This document shows, one piece after another, positions 22,610-35,898 of a stretch of DNA of 64,000 nucleotides (positions are counted from its first letter, which is position 1; each line of letters begins with the position of its first letter). The position numbers and the translations under genes are program-made. The stretch is from Lepidodermella squamata (taxonomy: Eukaryota; Animalia; Gastrotricha). Location: NCBI GenBank assembly GCA_047495785.1, contig JBLDXI010000042.1:4030001-4094000 (forward strand), in the 5' to 3' direction. The notes under the pieces are model-generated. The model saw only the letters and a program-made list of their open reading frames with translations. It was not told the DNA's origin and made no database searches.

Positions 22610-24275
22610 ATGTCCGGTTATAACTCAGCTGGTCTTTCGACTGCCGGGGCCATTGCGGTCGTTAACGAGAAAGGCCAAGTAACTATGCAGAAAGTGAAGG
22701 TTACTCGCTATCAACCAGGAAAGAAACCTGATTTCGCTCGTGACGCACCGTCATCCGATGAGTCAGAGGAAGATAACTATCAAGAGGAAGCCAAATATGT
22801 ACCGCCAAGCAGTCGGAGAAATCAAAATGATTACACGAACCGGTCAACTCGGCGCCATCCCGAGGAAGAGGACGAAGAAGAGTCAGAAGATGACAATCGA
22901 TATTCGAGGCACAGACGAGAGGAAAGCAGTGACGAGGAAGTTAGTCACCGGCATTCAAATCGCCATCAGAGCTCATCAGCAGTCGACTCGAGGCTTAGGC
23001 GTCTCGAAGGGGCTAATGAGAGCTACGATGCTCGCCTGGAACGGCGGCGAGCCTTGCTTAATGAAGCTGATACTGGCGTAGAGCAAGTCCCCGTCGGAGA
23101 GGAGGATGAAAAATCGAATCAAGTTCCTGAGGAAGGATCTGACGACGAGGTTGAAGAAGACGAAGATGAAGCTATGGAGCGTCGTCAACGGCTTAGAGAA
23201 ATAGCGAAGGCTCGTCAAATGGAGGAAGTACTCGCTGTTGAAGAGGACCAGGAAGAAGACGAAGAAGAAGAGGAGGAAGAGGAAGTCAGTGAATACGACG
23301 AGTACGAAGACGAAGAAGACGATATGGCCGCACGATTGAAGCCGGTGTTCGTTCGTAAAAAGGATAGAGTAACTTTGGAGGAAAAGGAAGATATGGATGT
23401 TGATAACAAGGAAGACGAAGAGGATAATAAAAAGCTCCAAGAAGAACGCAAAGCAACAGCTCGAAGGGTTAGTTTATCTTATCATCAGCTCTTTCTTCCA
23501 TTAAATATTGTATTTTTAGTTGGTCGAAGAAGAAATCAAACGAGAAATTCAGGCGGAAAGAGAAGCCAAAGCGGCGGCTGCAGCTGCTGCAGCTGGAGGC
23601 TTACCAATTCCTGCAGCTATTGCCAGTTTAGCAGCAGCCTCGGCGAATAAACACCCTGGCGTAGAAGGAAACTTCAATTTTGGCGCCGTGGGTCTCGATA
23701 AACACATTGATTCAGACAACATGACCCTGGTCGCTTTGACGCTGGAAGATGTGGTGACAGACGAAGAGGGCGGTGAAGTCGAGTATGAAAAGTGGAAGTT
23801 GCGTGAATTGAAGCGAATCAAGCGAGACCGTGAAGAACGCGAGGCGATGTTGCGAGAACGTGAGGAAATCGAGGCTGTTCACAACATGACCGAAGAAGAG
23901 CGGAAAGCTTATCTTGCCGCAAATCCAAAGCTTGTCACAAACAAAGCGGAGAAGGGCAAATACAAGTTCTTGCAAAAGTACTACCATCGCGGTGTTTTCT
24001 ACCTGGACCGCGAGGAGACCGTACTCAAGCGTGACATTTGCGAGCCGACACTCGAGGACAAATTCGACAGAACTATCATGCCGAAGGTTATGCAGGTGAA
24101 AAACTTCGGCAAGAAGGGCCGGACGAAGTACACGCATTTGGTCGATCAAGATACGACCGGGCAAAACGCGCCTTGGACCGCAGATGCCGCTGCCTCGCAA
24201 CGCTGGCATCAGCAACACGGCGGCGGGGTTAAACCGGTTTTCGAGAAGCCTAGCACCTCGAAGCGCAAGCAATAG
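22610..24275 (+). CDS. MFAP1: Microfibrillar-associated protein 1 (spliceosomal B-complex factor)
   Basis: Exons 22610-23467 and 23520-24275. VKVTRYQPGKKP, LKPVFVRKKDR, EYEKWKLRELKRIKRDREER, KYKFLQKYYHRG, MQVKNFG..GRTKYTHLVDQDTT. Confidence 0.96.
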
Positions 24276-24331
24276 TCCGCTCTTTCTCCGTCTTTTTGTT
24301 TATAATTTTTCTATTCGTGTTTCGATTCGAA

Positions 24332-24374
24332 AATAAATGAAGCTCAAATTTTGATTTAACGATCTATTTTCTAG
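24332..24374 (+). promoter_or_regulatory. MFAP1 poly(A) signal followed by an unpaired 3' splice site upstream of cyclin L
   Basis: AATAAA at 24332-24337; tattttctag ends at 24374; no GT between them; ATG at 24395. Confidence 0.5.
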
Positions 24375-24394
24375 GGTTTTTATAAATTTTAATA

Positions 24395-27300
24395 ATGGCA
24401 ACGACCACCGTAAGTAGTCCAGCCAATACAGCCCGAGGTTTTTCTCGGGTCATCCTCACCATGGACAACGTTTTCATTCCACCGGAAAAGTTGGCCAACA
24501 CCCCTTCGCTGCAAGACGGACTCGAGCCCGAGGTTGAATACGATCTGCGAAACTACGGCTGTGAACTGATTCAAACAGCCGGGGTTCTGTTGAAACTGCC
24601 GCAAGTGGCCATGGCGACTGGCCAGGTGCTTTTCCAGCGTTATTATTACTCGCGGTCTTTTGTTCGGCATAACATGGAAATTACGGCGATTGCCGCCGTT
24701 CACTTGGCGTCGAAAATCGAAGAAGCGCCGCGGCGTATTCGTGATTGCCTTAACGTCTTTCATCACATTAAACAAGTTAAAACGGGAAGGTAAGTGCGCC
24801 AAAAAAGAATCTGCCTTAATAATTATGATCACCTTTTCAGAACTATCGGTCCGATGGTGCTAGATCAGAATTACATCAACATCAAGAACGAGGTTATTAA
24901 GGCGGAGAGGAGATGTCTGAAAGAACTCGGTTTCTGTGTTCACGTGAAACATCCTCATAAGGTAAATTTCTGATTTTTTCAGAATTTATTCTTCATTTTT
25001 TCAAATTTTCAGATCATTATTTCGATTTTGGACCAACTTGAGCAGAAAACGAACCAGAGGCTGGCTCAATTTGCATGGTAAGCCTAATTTTTTATTACTC
25101 AAGAGCTTTTTAGGCGGAAGAACATTCGTAAATTTGTTGAGTAAATTTAGTTGCTAGTAAAAAAATGATTTTAAATCGTGTTTAATTCTATCAATTTTTA
25201 TGCAGCGCGACGCGTGAAACCTATAGAGTTAGTTACTATCGTTTCACCGCAGCTGCTCGGAATCCGGTCTGATCGAGAGATCTCAGAAATCGGTAAATCA
25301 TCACACCTGACCGACCGCCTTAATCATTCTTCGATGTTTTCTTCATGTTAATAATTTTTCATTAATATATATTAATTAGCGTTAAATCTTAACACTTGGC
25401 CGACTCGATGACCTCAATCGATGTGAAACATGATGAGGAAAAAAGCGCTCGAAGTTGACCTACCTCGGTATGCCTACTTCCAATACGTACTACTACAACG
25501 CAAATTTCGGATGCTCTTCCGCCGAATCGCTCGTGTATTGTTTTTGGAATGCAACACGTGTCATGTTGTTTGTGTTTTTCAGGAATTACATGAACGACTC
25601 GTTCAGGACGAATGTTTTCATGCGGTTCTCGCCCGCTGTCATCGCGTGTTCGTGCATTTTCTTGGCGGCCCGGCAGCTGCAACTGCCGCTGCCCAACAAC
25701 CCGCCGTGGTACTACGTGTTCGATGCCACGGATCAACAGGTCCGGGAAATCGCCCTAACTGTGATGCGGCTGTACGCCCGGCCGAAGGTTACCTGGGACA
25801 AGCTGGTTAATGCTGTTGCCGATGCGAAAAAGCGGCTTCACGATGCTCAAATCAAGGAACGCCTTGCCAAGGACATGTCCTCTGCTGTACCTAGTAAGCT
25901 CAGATTCTATTTCATTTTATGAAAAATCGCTAATTCTAGTTAGGATGCGTACATTTTTCACGGTTTTGCACAATCGTAATGCGAGAATCTTGTAAGATTC
26001 TAACCTTTTGGTAGCCCAGATATGGAATATCAGACAATCTGAAAGGAATATGACAGTTTCCGTATATACAGTATGGGGGGATAAGAGTTGAGTCAGGTGA
26101 ATGTCTTCACGGCTCACTTAATTTGGCTCCAACTTAAACCATTGGATAGCCCTTGAAAAATAGCATATCCAACTGAAGCCTTGCGAGCTGAGCAACACCA
26201 CGTCCGCTGAACGACCATCGCCTTCACTGAAAGCCTTGAGGTTACTGTGACGAGAACCTTATTCATCTCCAAATGCGTGATGCTGCTCAATTCGAAGCTG
26301 CCCTCCTTTTTTGAAAAGAAGATAAAAAAGCTAAGATCAAAAATGAATTTCGCACACTATTTAATTGAATGACGCAATATGGCATACCGACCGTGGCCAA
26401 CCTCATCAACATGTGCAAAATGCAGGGTAAAATTCGACTGGCTAGAGGCAGCCACTGCGTGGCCTCGCCATGCCCAATTTCGTCGTTGGTTAAGTCGCGC
26501 AACGGAAATTTTTGGTGAAAGTAAGCCGCCCCAGCTCGTCCGACCGCGTTCTTTTACCTACATTCCAAAAGAAATGATTAATCATAAAAAAAATGAATTT
26601 GTACAAATTATCGTCACCCTCGCGTGCTACGAAGTTCCAGCTAAATCGGTCAGTGCTGAACTGAAATTGGTCATGCACATCTTACTCGCTTTCGGATCAG
26701 AGAATTGTGGCCCAAGAAGTAAGGCCAAGGCCCAGAGCTCTCATTCATTTCAAACTCATTCATTTCCGCACCGAAATCTTGAAGACCTCGGTGAGTGTAC
26801 ACTTCTGGCCAAAAAAGTGTGATGTGCCCTCATCAACGGTAGAAACAAAAGCAAAGGTGCGACCAGGGACCAGGGATTAGAAGATTAGAGAGGATTAGAA
26901 GAAGCCGGAGTAAGTGGATTATACAAATCGGAATAAGCAGAGAGACTGATGTGAGACCTTCTCGTGTAGCGCGTTACATTTCCATTCCTACTGTCGCAAA
27001 TGCCGAAGCTACGTAGTGACAGCCTATCGATCTGCCACAAAAGCACAACACGTTTCGACACTTTTGTTAACGGAGCGTGTTCTCGGCCTATCGATCTGCC
27101 ATGATCCGCGTCCTGGGGAGGCACCCACTTCACTTCGCCAGTGGCTTCATCAGCCTGGCGGAGGTCAGCTGATTTCGCGCTTTTAACCATGAGCTGATGA
27201 GACGGATTACGACCGTGAAAGGTGGCAGCATTGTGTCCTTTGATCCATTTCATCAAGATCTCCATCGTCTCGGATGACAGGCGATGCAGAGGAACGCCGT

Positions 27301-28476
27301 CGACCAACATCGACGTGAAGTTGGCGCAGAAAACGTTCTGCAGACCCTTCGGCACTTGGAGGTACCGTCACTACCCTCATTTGCTGCTGGGTGGTGAAAG
27401 CGATCTCCGCCAGACTAGCCTGCTTTCGGACCATATATCCATTGTTGTATCTTTTTTGGCGTTCGATCCAGCGAGAAAGTGTACAGCTGCCAACGGCATT
27501 TCAGCCGTTACAGTTGTGAAAATTAGTCTGGGCCTTTCGTCCGTTGTTTGAGCTTGATTCTAAGAAACAACAGAAAAAATAAAGGATTGATTACAATTTT
27601 TACAATTGATTACAAAGTTACATAACAAAAAGGGATACATAACAAAATTTTCAGATTTTTCACAATTGTTAGTGGCAAAATCTAGCTTCGTTAATGCAAT
27701 AGGGCTTCTGAAAAACTGGACTAAAAAGTGTGTATCGCTGTTTTACAGCTTCGGATCCTAGAAAATCATTTCAATACAACTCGTAGCTATTTGTTATTAA
27801 TGCTTGAATTTTCTATTTAGACTTCGGCGATGATGGCTCGCCTCAAATAAATGCGCCAAGCGATGCCTCAAACATGCCAGCCCCGCCTAACCCCAGTGAG
27901 ATCATGCAACCGCCGAAATCTGCCAACACGGTCGACCTGACAAAGACCTCATCGTCACCCTCGGAAAATCGCCATCGCAAACGCGACGAAGATCGAAAGC
28001 GCCGTTCTCGGTCCCGCTCGAGAAGCCCGCGATCTCGCCACTCGAAATCTTCGTCGAAACACCGGCGCCACTCAAGACGCCGCCATCGCCGCCATTCATC
28101 GACCTCACCCGGCGACGGTTCATCCCGGTCTTCGTCGCCATCGTCAAGCCGGTCACGGTCGTCTTCGTCAGAGTCGTCGCATAAACGCAACAACCACGTC
28201 AGCAACGGCCGGGGTGATAGCAAGAAGCCAGCAGACTCATCGAAACCGAAGTACGAAAACGGGCGGGGCAAGGAGGAAGACGCGAAACGGGACCGCGATT
28301 CAAAGTACCGCAGCAGTCGCAGGTCACGGTCGAGATCGGCCTCGAGGAAACGCGAGCATCACCGCGACCGATCGCGAGAACGCTCGTCGAACCACAAATC
28401 TAGCCGAAACAGCGCCAGCCGTCGATCGCCGGCTCGAAATCGCGACAGAAACGGTGATCACCACCGTAAGAAATAA
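24395..28476 (+). CDS. CCNL1: Cyclin L (two cyclin boxes plus RS domain)
   Basis: Exons 24395-24789, 24841-24961, 25013-25077, 25583-25893, 27821-28476. [43 protein letters not shown]|[11 protein letters not shown]-rich tail. Equally related to CCNL1 and CCNL2. Confidence 0.95.
26150..27500 (-). mobile_element. Possible decayed DNA-transposase relic (hAT-like) in the last cyclin L intron
   Basis: Broken antisense ORFs; [12 protein letters not shown] resembles the hAT CxxH motif. No TIR or TSD found. Confidence 0.3.
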
Positions 28477-29265
28477 CAGCCTCCTTAATTCGAAAAAATT
28501 GAACTGAACTTCAATTTTCAGGGTGATTATAATGATGATGAGCTTGGTTTTGTTTTGTTGCTGAGAAATCGCTATGATGATGATGATGATGATGAAAACT
28601 CTATTTGGTTGTCGTTGTGCGTCGAGCCATTTTTACTCTACACCCGGTTGTTTGGGCGCGCCGTGTTTTAGTAGGTTGTAAATCAAGCAGAATCGTAAAT
28701 ATAGGATGAAAAAATTTCATTGTTTCTTATTTACACAACTCGATGTGCGTCCTCGATATGTACTAATACCGCAACTACTGCTGCAATTTTAGCCGGGATG
28801 GTGAAAAAATTACGTGAAAAAATCGAAGCACGCGCCAGTTTTATGTTCGTGTTGCAATTCGTCTTTGATGATAAAAAAATGAAGAAAAATTATAATAAAA
28901 AGACACTTGATTTTTTGGAGTATTGTCAAGAGTTTATTATCCCGATAATCAAACACGTGTTTGAAATGTGCACAATTGATGTTGTTTAAAAAAGCAAACG
29001 GAATCCAATATCAAAAAGGCAAGATATGAAACCAATGCATCCCATATTGAAGGTCACGATTTTGGAATAGAATTTTCGAAACAAAACGAGACGCAAAATA
29101 ACGGCCCACTGGAACTGAATAAACGAAACGCTATTACAAAGGTAGAAAACAGTCCATCGCTACCAGAAAACACGAGACCTCATATCATAACTATATATAG
29201 AATTAACGTATATTCGGCCGCGATTCGGTGGGAAAGCGCTGATTACTCAATACTCTTCTTCGTGT

Positions 29266-32200
29266 TCAATTTTTCCGATTGCCTTTACCATTGCCGCGGC
29301 TATTTGCAGCTAGAACATCCTGCCGCTGCTTAATGCGAGCCCCGCCAGCCGCTCCGGTCACCCGTCGTGGATTTGCGGGACAGCCCTTTCCGCCCATCAA
29401 ATGCTGCCGCCATATGGAATCGTTGCCAGCTTCCACATCACTCAGGCACAGTGGACACCTTTCATAGCCAGAGCTGGGAGCTGAAAATTTAAAAAATATT
29501 TTAGGAATTTAAAAAATTTTGAGACAAAAAATTCTTACCCCGGCATGCTTTTTTATGCTTTGGCGTGTCGATTTCATTCTTTGGAATAACATCGCCACAC
29601 GTGCCACACCTTGCGTACAACTCCTTCGCGGTACAATCGCTCAACCAATGGGTATTCAGGCTCGAAATTTCAATGACCTGAGCGCAATGCTCGCATTTCT
29701 TCAACATCGGACACGCCGTGAAGTAATGAATATTCAAGCCTTTTTCGTCAAAGGCCTCATTTTTCTCAAGACAGAAAATACACATATTTGATAGAATAAC
29801 CGAGGCACGGTCGTCCTCTTCCTTCTCGCGCGGCGAATCCTCATCAGGCTGGCGTTTTGGTTGCTGTTTCGGGACGGCTTTTTTCTTCTCCTTCACAGGC
29901 TGTTCTTGCGGGGCGGCATCTCTAGGCTTTTCGCGAGAAACTTGCTGCCGATGGGTGTCGGGCGCTCGATTCTCCTGCTGTTTAGGGAACCCTGAGAAAC
30001 CCGCATCCAACAACTCGGCCAACTTCCGAAAATGAGGCTTTTTCAACAACATATCGTTGCTGAGGTTGACTAAGGACCGGAATTCCATCGAATTTCCAGT
30101 ATCTTTCTGCAGCTGGACCAACATTCGAATGGCTGGCTCATGGACTTCGCCGCTAGGGTGATCCATGCACGCCATGCAAAAATGGCCTAAATTCTCCACA
30201 GTAACGCCACTTGTCAATTTGAATTTTTTATACAACTCCTCGGCGACCTCGGCGCGTAAAATCGCAACTCGAGGCGGAGTGATGGCCTTGAACGGCCGTA
30301 AACACTCCGGTGGAATGTAGTTTAAAGACTTGACGTCTGGAATACCGCTTAGCTCCATGATAAAACTTTTCGCGAGATCGCGAACTCGCTGTGATGTGTC
30401 GTTGAATCGGCCGAGTAATGGCGTTACAGTTTTTTCTAGACAATACTGAGTTTCCGATTTCGGAATTTTGAATCTTGTACTGAATTGAGTGACCATCTGC
30501 CGTTGTAATGTTAGGCCAGAGCGGAAGACGGCGAAAACCGGGTCGCTAATAGCCTTTTTCACGAGAAAAACCGCCGCGTGGTACATTGATCTCGCTTCTT
30601 CGGGCGACGTATTTCGGTCCAGCTCTTCCATCTGTTTTAGCACCGCTAGGATAGCATTTTCGCGAAAACTCCACGTTTTGCTGAACGCTTTTGTCACGGA
30701 TTGCAGGCCGAAGACGTCGATGACTGGCGCAGCTTCTCTCAGATCCTTCTCGTCGAGAGGTTCCAACTCAGCCGGGCCGCCATCACCGCCAGGCTCCGCT
30801 GTCAACGCGCCACCGTCCGGCCCGTCACGATTTGTACCCGGCACCACAGAATCTGCCCCACCTTCATTATCGCCGGCATCCTCGTTTTGCCCGGATTCTT
30901 CCGGTATTGGTTGCACGTCTGATTGAGCTTTTGGTTTTTGGTTTTTGTTTATCAAAGCTGGCAGCGGCCGGTCTTCATACCGCTGGTAGGCTGTCAGATT
31001 TTTGTCATCAGGGTCAGGCTCCAACAAACTAGGCGGTTCAGCCCTTCGGCTGGATTTTCCGCCGCGAGGATCGGGCGGTGGTGAATTTGTAGGAGAAGAT
31101 CGAAGCAACTGCAAAAATTAACTCATTACTAGCAAATTGATATGACTTCGAATTAAACCGACCTTCAATTTTGGAGATCGCATTCTTGGGTCGAGGTCAT
31201 CATCTTGAACCCGTGCCATTTTGAAAGCCTTCATTCGAAATAACATACAAGTTTAATTTTGCTCGGTCCTTGTTTTTCTTCATTTACGGGACAAGTCTAT
31301 TCATTTTTATTTACAAATATCCCTCCCAGCAGTAACTTTGGTGCGGGCCAAAAAACTCTACGAGGTTTGAATAGGCGTGAATAGAAATGGCGTGATTCAC
31401 GCCCCATGCCAAGCTTTTGGGGGTTTATGGGGTGATTCACTACTTCTGTTTATCGTAACTACGAGGAGAATTGTTTGAACGTACTCCAGCAACGTCGAGT
31501 AAATCGTTGACATGCAGCTCCTTGTACATTTGAAGTCGATATTCATCCATTTTTAGCTAAATGAAGAAAATGAATTGAAAAATGTGCAACAAACTACCAA
31601 GTAACCTTGATCAGATGGGCTTTTTCGAAGTCTTCTAATGCGACCGTTTGTCGCTTTTCGACGTCCATCTTACCAAGTTTTTCTCCGACCTGGAAAATAA
31701 AACCCGGTAATTTTGACAAAATGCTTTTGCAGACGTGAAAATACTTGTTGAAGCTCGATAATTATATCCTTAATCCGCTTCGCGAAGTCGTATCTTTCTT
31801 CGATGATAGCTTGTTGTTTCTTCATGTCTAACCGCCGAATGATAGCAGCGACTTCTGGATCTTGGTACATATCAAATGCGAGGTCATCGAGGGGATTGTT
31901 AGCTTCGGCATTTCGAAGCGCACCAGCAATGGCGGGGTTCTCACGCAGTAATTCTTCTCTCACGGGATCACCCTCTTGCCATACGTTAAGATCATCGCCG
32001 ATGAGGTTTACAGCCAATAAACCGATTTGGTTGTAAAGATTATACTTATTGATGTGGTTTTTATGAAGCAGCAGTTTGATAAAATGACCCATTGCATCAA
32101 CGTGGCAAGATTTCAACTCCCTCGCTCGAAACTGGGTCTTCTCGTTATCGGAAAGCATGACGTATCTGTAAGGCAAAACTCAACGCTAGGAAATCAAAGA

Positions 32201-32616
32201 ACATAACAACTCTCAATACCCTAAGCGACTCCACTGCGCATTTGTCATTGACACAGGAACCTGATCAGGCACGTCGCCGACGAATATTTCAATTTTACTA
32301 GCTGAAAAACAATAGACAATTGAAGAGATAGGCATAGTGGTAGACAAGTCTTGCAACTTACAAATAAGATATTGATGTGAAAGAAGCTGAATTTTGGCGA
32401 TACGAGAACGATTCTGTATCTGGATCACGATAGTTTGAGGGTACATGCAAAACCTAGTAAAACGCTGCTTAGCAAGAAATGAGTTATGAAACAGTGAACT
32501 TACCGCGTGGATTGCCAGCCCTTTGTCAACGGTGTTCGGCTGTTGAGTTCACTGGCTCGATATTGATCGTCCTCTCCGCTTACATGAATGACATGGAAGT
32601 TAAGCTTTCTGGGCAT
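29266..32616 (-). CDS. CEP104: Centrosomal protein 104 (jelly-roll, coiled coil, TOG, zinc fingers); ~9 exons
   Basis: MPRKLNFHVIHVSGED..GWQS, IQLLSHQYLI, ARELKSCHVD, DDLAFDMYQDPEVA, SKTWSFRE, CIFC..LNIHYFTACPMLKKCEHC, final exon RCPLC..WRQHL..CPANPR. Internal boundaries approximate. Confidence 0.95.
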
Positions 32617-35600
32617 TTTTCGAAGCTAAGGTGATCACATTATGAAATGACTAATAATAACCTAATAAAAGAGCATTTGTAGGTATAAAAAGGAAGTTAG
32701 ACCAACAAGGAATTTGGATTAGGTATCTGCAATGATTGCGCTGACCACTCACCGAGTTTTGTTCTGTATTCAGAATTGTTGAACGGCAGGCCATAAATGA
32801 CCAAGTAAATGACGTCTCAGACTTAGGAAGCATGACGCTTCCGACAAGTCCCACCCCTGTACGACACATATCCCATACGTATCATCGTACATTTACGTAA
32901 ACTAAAATATAGTATTGCCCGAAAATAGAGTCGACTTCCAATAATTGACAGCCTGAAGCTTCAAGCAAAAAACAAATGTCAGGGTAGGCTCGTAGGTCAT
33001 CAGCAGTCTCTAAATCTGAAAACTCTCTTTCTCAACCAAAATTCACATGAGGAATCGACTTCTGTGGGGCGCTAAGGAGTAAAAATAAATCAGATACGCC
33101 ATCAACGACGCAGCAGTGCATGACGTGCGATCTTCTAAGTCCTTGCGCCGCGTAGGCCAGATTCAACAGATCCCGAAACAACCGAGAATCGAGTATCAGA
33201 TCGGGGAATAAGTACATCAAATGCCACATTTTGCTAGTAACCTCATAAATGCCAAGCTCTATCAAATAAAGAAATAGGTGCACCGAATCGGATGTCCGCG
33301 CTATAAGCACGAAATGGAAAAGTCGATGTCCTCAAGCGAGAATCGATCCTACTCGCACAGGCTAACAGGGGCCGCCTGACAACGCGTCTACAACAGCATG
33401 ATGAATTTATAAAATTAATTAAAACACACTAAGATATATAAAGTATGTGAAATACAGCAGTTCAATAACAAATTCGCTGTCCTTGCTGCATGCTATTTGC
33501 CTTCGCGAATTTTCTTTTTTTCTCTTCCTTTCTTTCTCCTTTCTTCAAACCCCTAACCCTAACGCCACTATAGACTCTCCTTCCAAATAAATTTATCTCT
33601 AAAATACATGACATTCTATCAATCACTGCAACCAGATGATGTGTGACAATCTTGTGGGGAGATTGTCAGTCTCGGACGATTTTGAAGCATGACAGAGATC
33701 GGAGCTGAGTAGCGCGTCAAAGAGTATTCCGCAGTCTCAATTTCTTAAAGCTGTCCTGGAACATACACGATCTATCATGCCGTATTAAGCTCCCAAAAAC
33801 AGTCTGTGTTGGAACAGACAAATTACAATGAATGCGGAAATGTTTGAATTTGAATAGGGCAACAGCGCCAAGACGTTGCGCAAAAACTGGGGCTTTCGCT
33901 TCCCTCAGATAGGCATGCCCCGATAGCACTACCCTGTCGGGCAAACCCCTGCAAATTATGGGGTTCGTTACTGATGAACAACCCAGTCATCCCAACGAAC
34001 CTTAGATCAGGGAGTGTGATCGGTTTCCAGTTGAGGGATAATTTTTATTCGAGATGTGCTCCCAAAGAAGTATGTAGCGAAACAGTTCAAAGTGAGTCAA
34101 AATAAGTCAAAATGAATGAGATTATCATATAAAAGACATATAAAAGCAAAGATCATGCCAAAGAAAAAAATGCGGATTGCATATAATGTAAGCTCGGTTG
34201 CTCAGTTCTCAGTTGGGTCGTTGAGCAACTGTATCTGAGGGGACATCTCCATTCGGAACGGGGTTCAAGTCGTAGTGACGGATAGGGTAGAGTCCTCATC
34301 GGGTTATATATCGATTGATCGCGTAACAAAATAGAAAAATGGGAGACTGGGAGTTCCCGTTAGATTCGATAAACTAGTCGAATCCCGTCATATGGAAAAG
34401 TTCATCTCACTCACTTAAGACAAGATCCAGAGTTACTTATGTAAGTGCCTTCTAGTCCTTAAAGTTCGCCTTGAAAAATAAATTATTAGGTACAATTATA
34501 ATAAATAATTTCGCCTCCTGCCTAATGCAAGACACATTTCCGGAATCAGTGGGCGTGCAGAAAATCTACTCAAACGACAAATTCTTCATTGTATCCGTCC
34601 GGAACTTCACGCATTCTTCACCGTTACCATCGTAATTCTTAGACGTTTCTCATGTATTCAAATATCAGCTAAAATTTCTGCATGAAAATTTGTCAGCCAT
34701 GCGGTTTTTCGTTACAGAAAGTCGATTAAAATTAGAGTGCCAGCTTTCTAGGTCTATCAAAGGTACGTTTTTAGCCTCCAATGGTTTATGCATGTCTTGT
34801 TCTGGTAATAAATAGTGCAACAAGGTAATATTGAGCGAAATACGCCATACTACATACATTCCTATAGTACGTTTTTCATTATGGCGCCTCTGAATGCAAG
34901 CACAATTCCATCTACACACACGCATGGCAAAAAGCGTCCAAAGGCAGCCACGATTATATAAATGGCTTTACGCAGTCTTGAATAAACAGCAGCAGCATCA
35001 TTTAGAATCGCGCAGAAAGAACCTACTATAGTACCTAGCAAACGGCCAGCACGCTTCAATGCCTGTATAACTTGAATAAGAACTTGTTTTTAGTACTACA
35101 TTGCCCAGTTGTCGACTTGATCTTTTTAAACCAGCTTCAGACAGCTGATTTTGGAATCTGCTGTGAATTCACATAGGTAATTAGATGGGTTGTATTTCGC
35201 ATTGAGAAATAGCAGTACTTATACGCCTGACCTTGTCTGTGAGTGCGAATCCTTTTATTTTGTTGCAAAAACGCTGTTTGACCTGGCCAATGCATGCTGA
35301 GCTGAATATCCAAACTCCAAACTAGCCATGGTTTGCTTTGCTGCACAACGTCGTTAATTCATGTTCCTTTCCTTTTGTTTTATCTCTAATAGTTTCTTAT
35401 CAATTGACTTGTAACTGAAAAGTTACCTACTGCATTATCAGCTTAAAGCTAAAAGTAAATGATGTAAATAGGACCTGACGAGAATGAATTTAGTTTGCCA
35501 CGGATTATTTTACAATAATGTAGGAACTTCCAATTTGCATTGTAATGCATTTCGTCCTTGCTATTTAATATCGCGTTTTTTATTCTCACGCGCATTATGC

Positions 35601-35898
35601 TGCAACGCTGTAGTAAAAATCTACATGCAGACATTATCGATCGGTTTTTCAGTTTTTACTTCCCGTGCCGCATAGACGACAATTTTATATGGACTGGCTG
35701 CGTATAATGTGGCGTAGTGTGCGGTATAGTCATACGCAGGGAATAAGACACGAACAAACCTCCATATGATCTACTGCAGCATATATGCACTGAAAATCTC
35801 AGTTTTCTCATATTTTAACCATTGCTTTTGTGTTTCAAATATTTATTTTAATCATAGACGCAGATCACATAAATTATATTTTAAAATTATACCACAGA

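Noticed and set aside
25430-25560. ATGATGA C-box-like motif in the cyclin L intron
   Set aside because: No downstream CTGA D box or terminal stem before the acceptor.
31370-31445. Short inverted/direct ggcgtgaat / gtgattcac repeats in a CEP104 intron
   Set aside because: Too short, no TSD; cannot be called a MITE.
33549-33563. ccctaaccctaa telomere-like repeat
   Set aside because: Only two units; expected by chance.
34190-34285. tRNA/SINE-like stretch with ggttcaagtc B-box
   Set aside because: No cloverleaf, TSD or second copy in the window; at most a decayed SINE.
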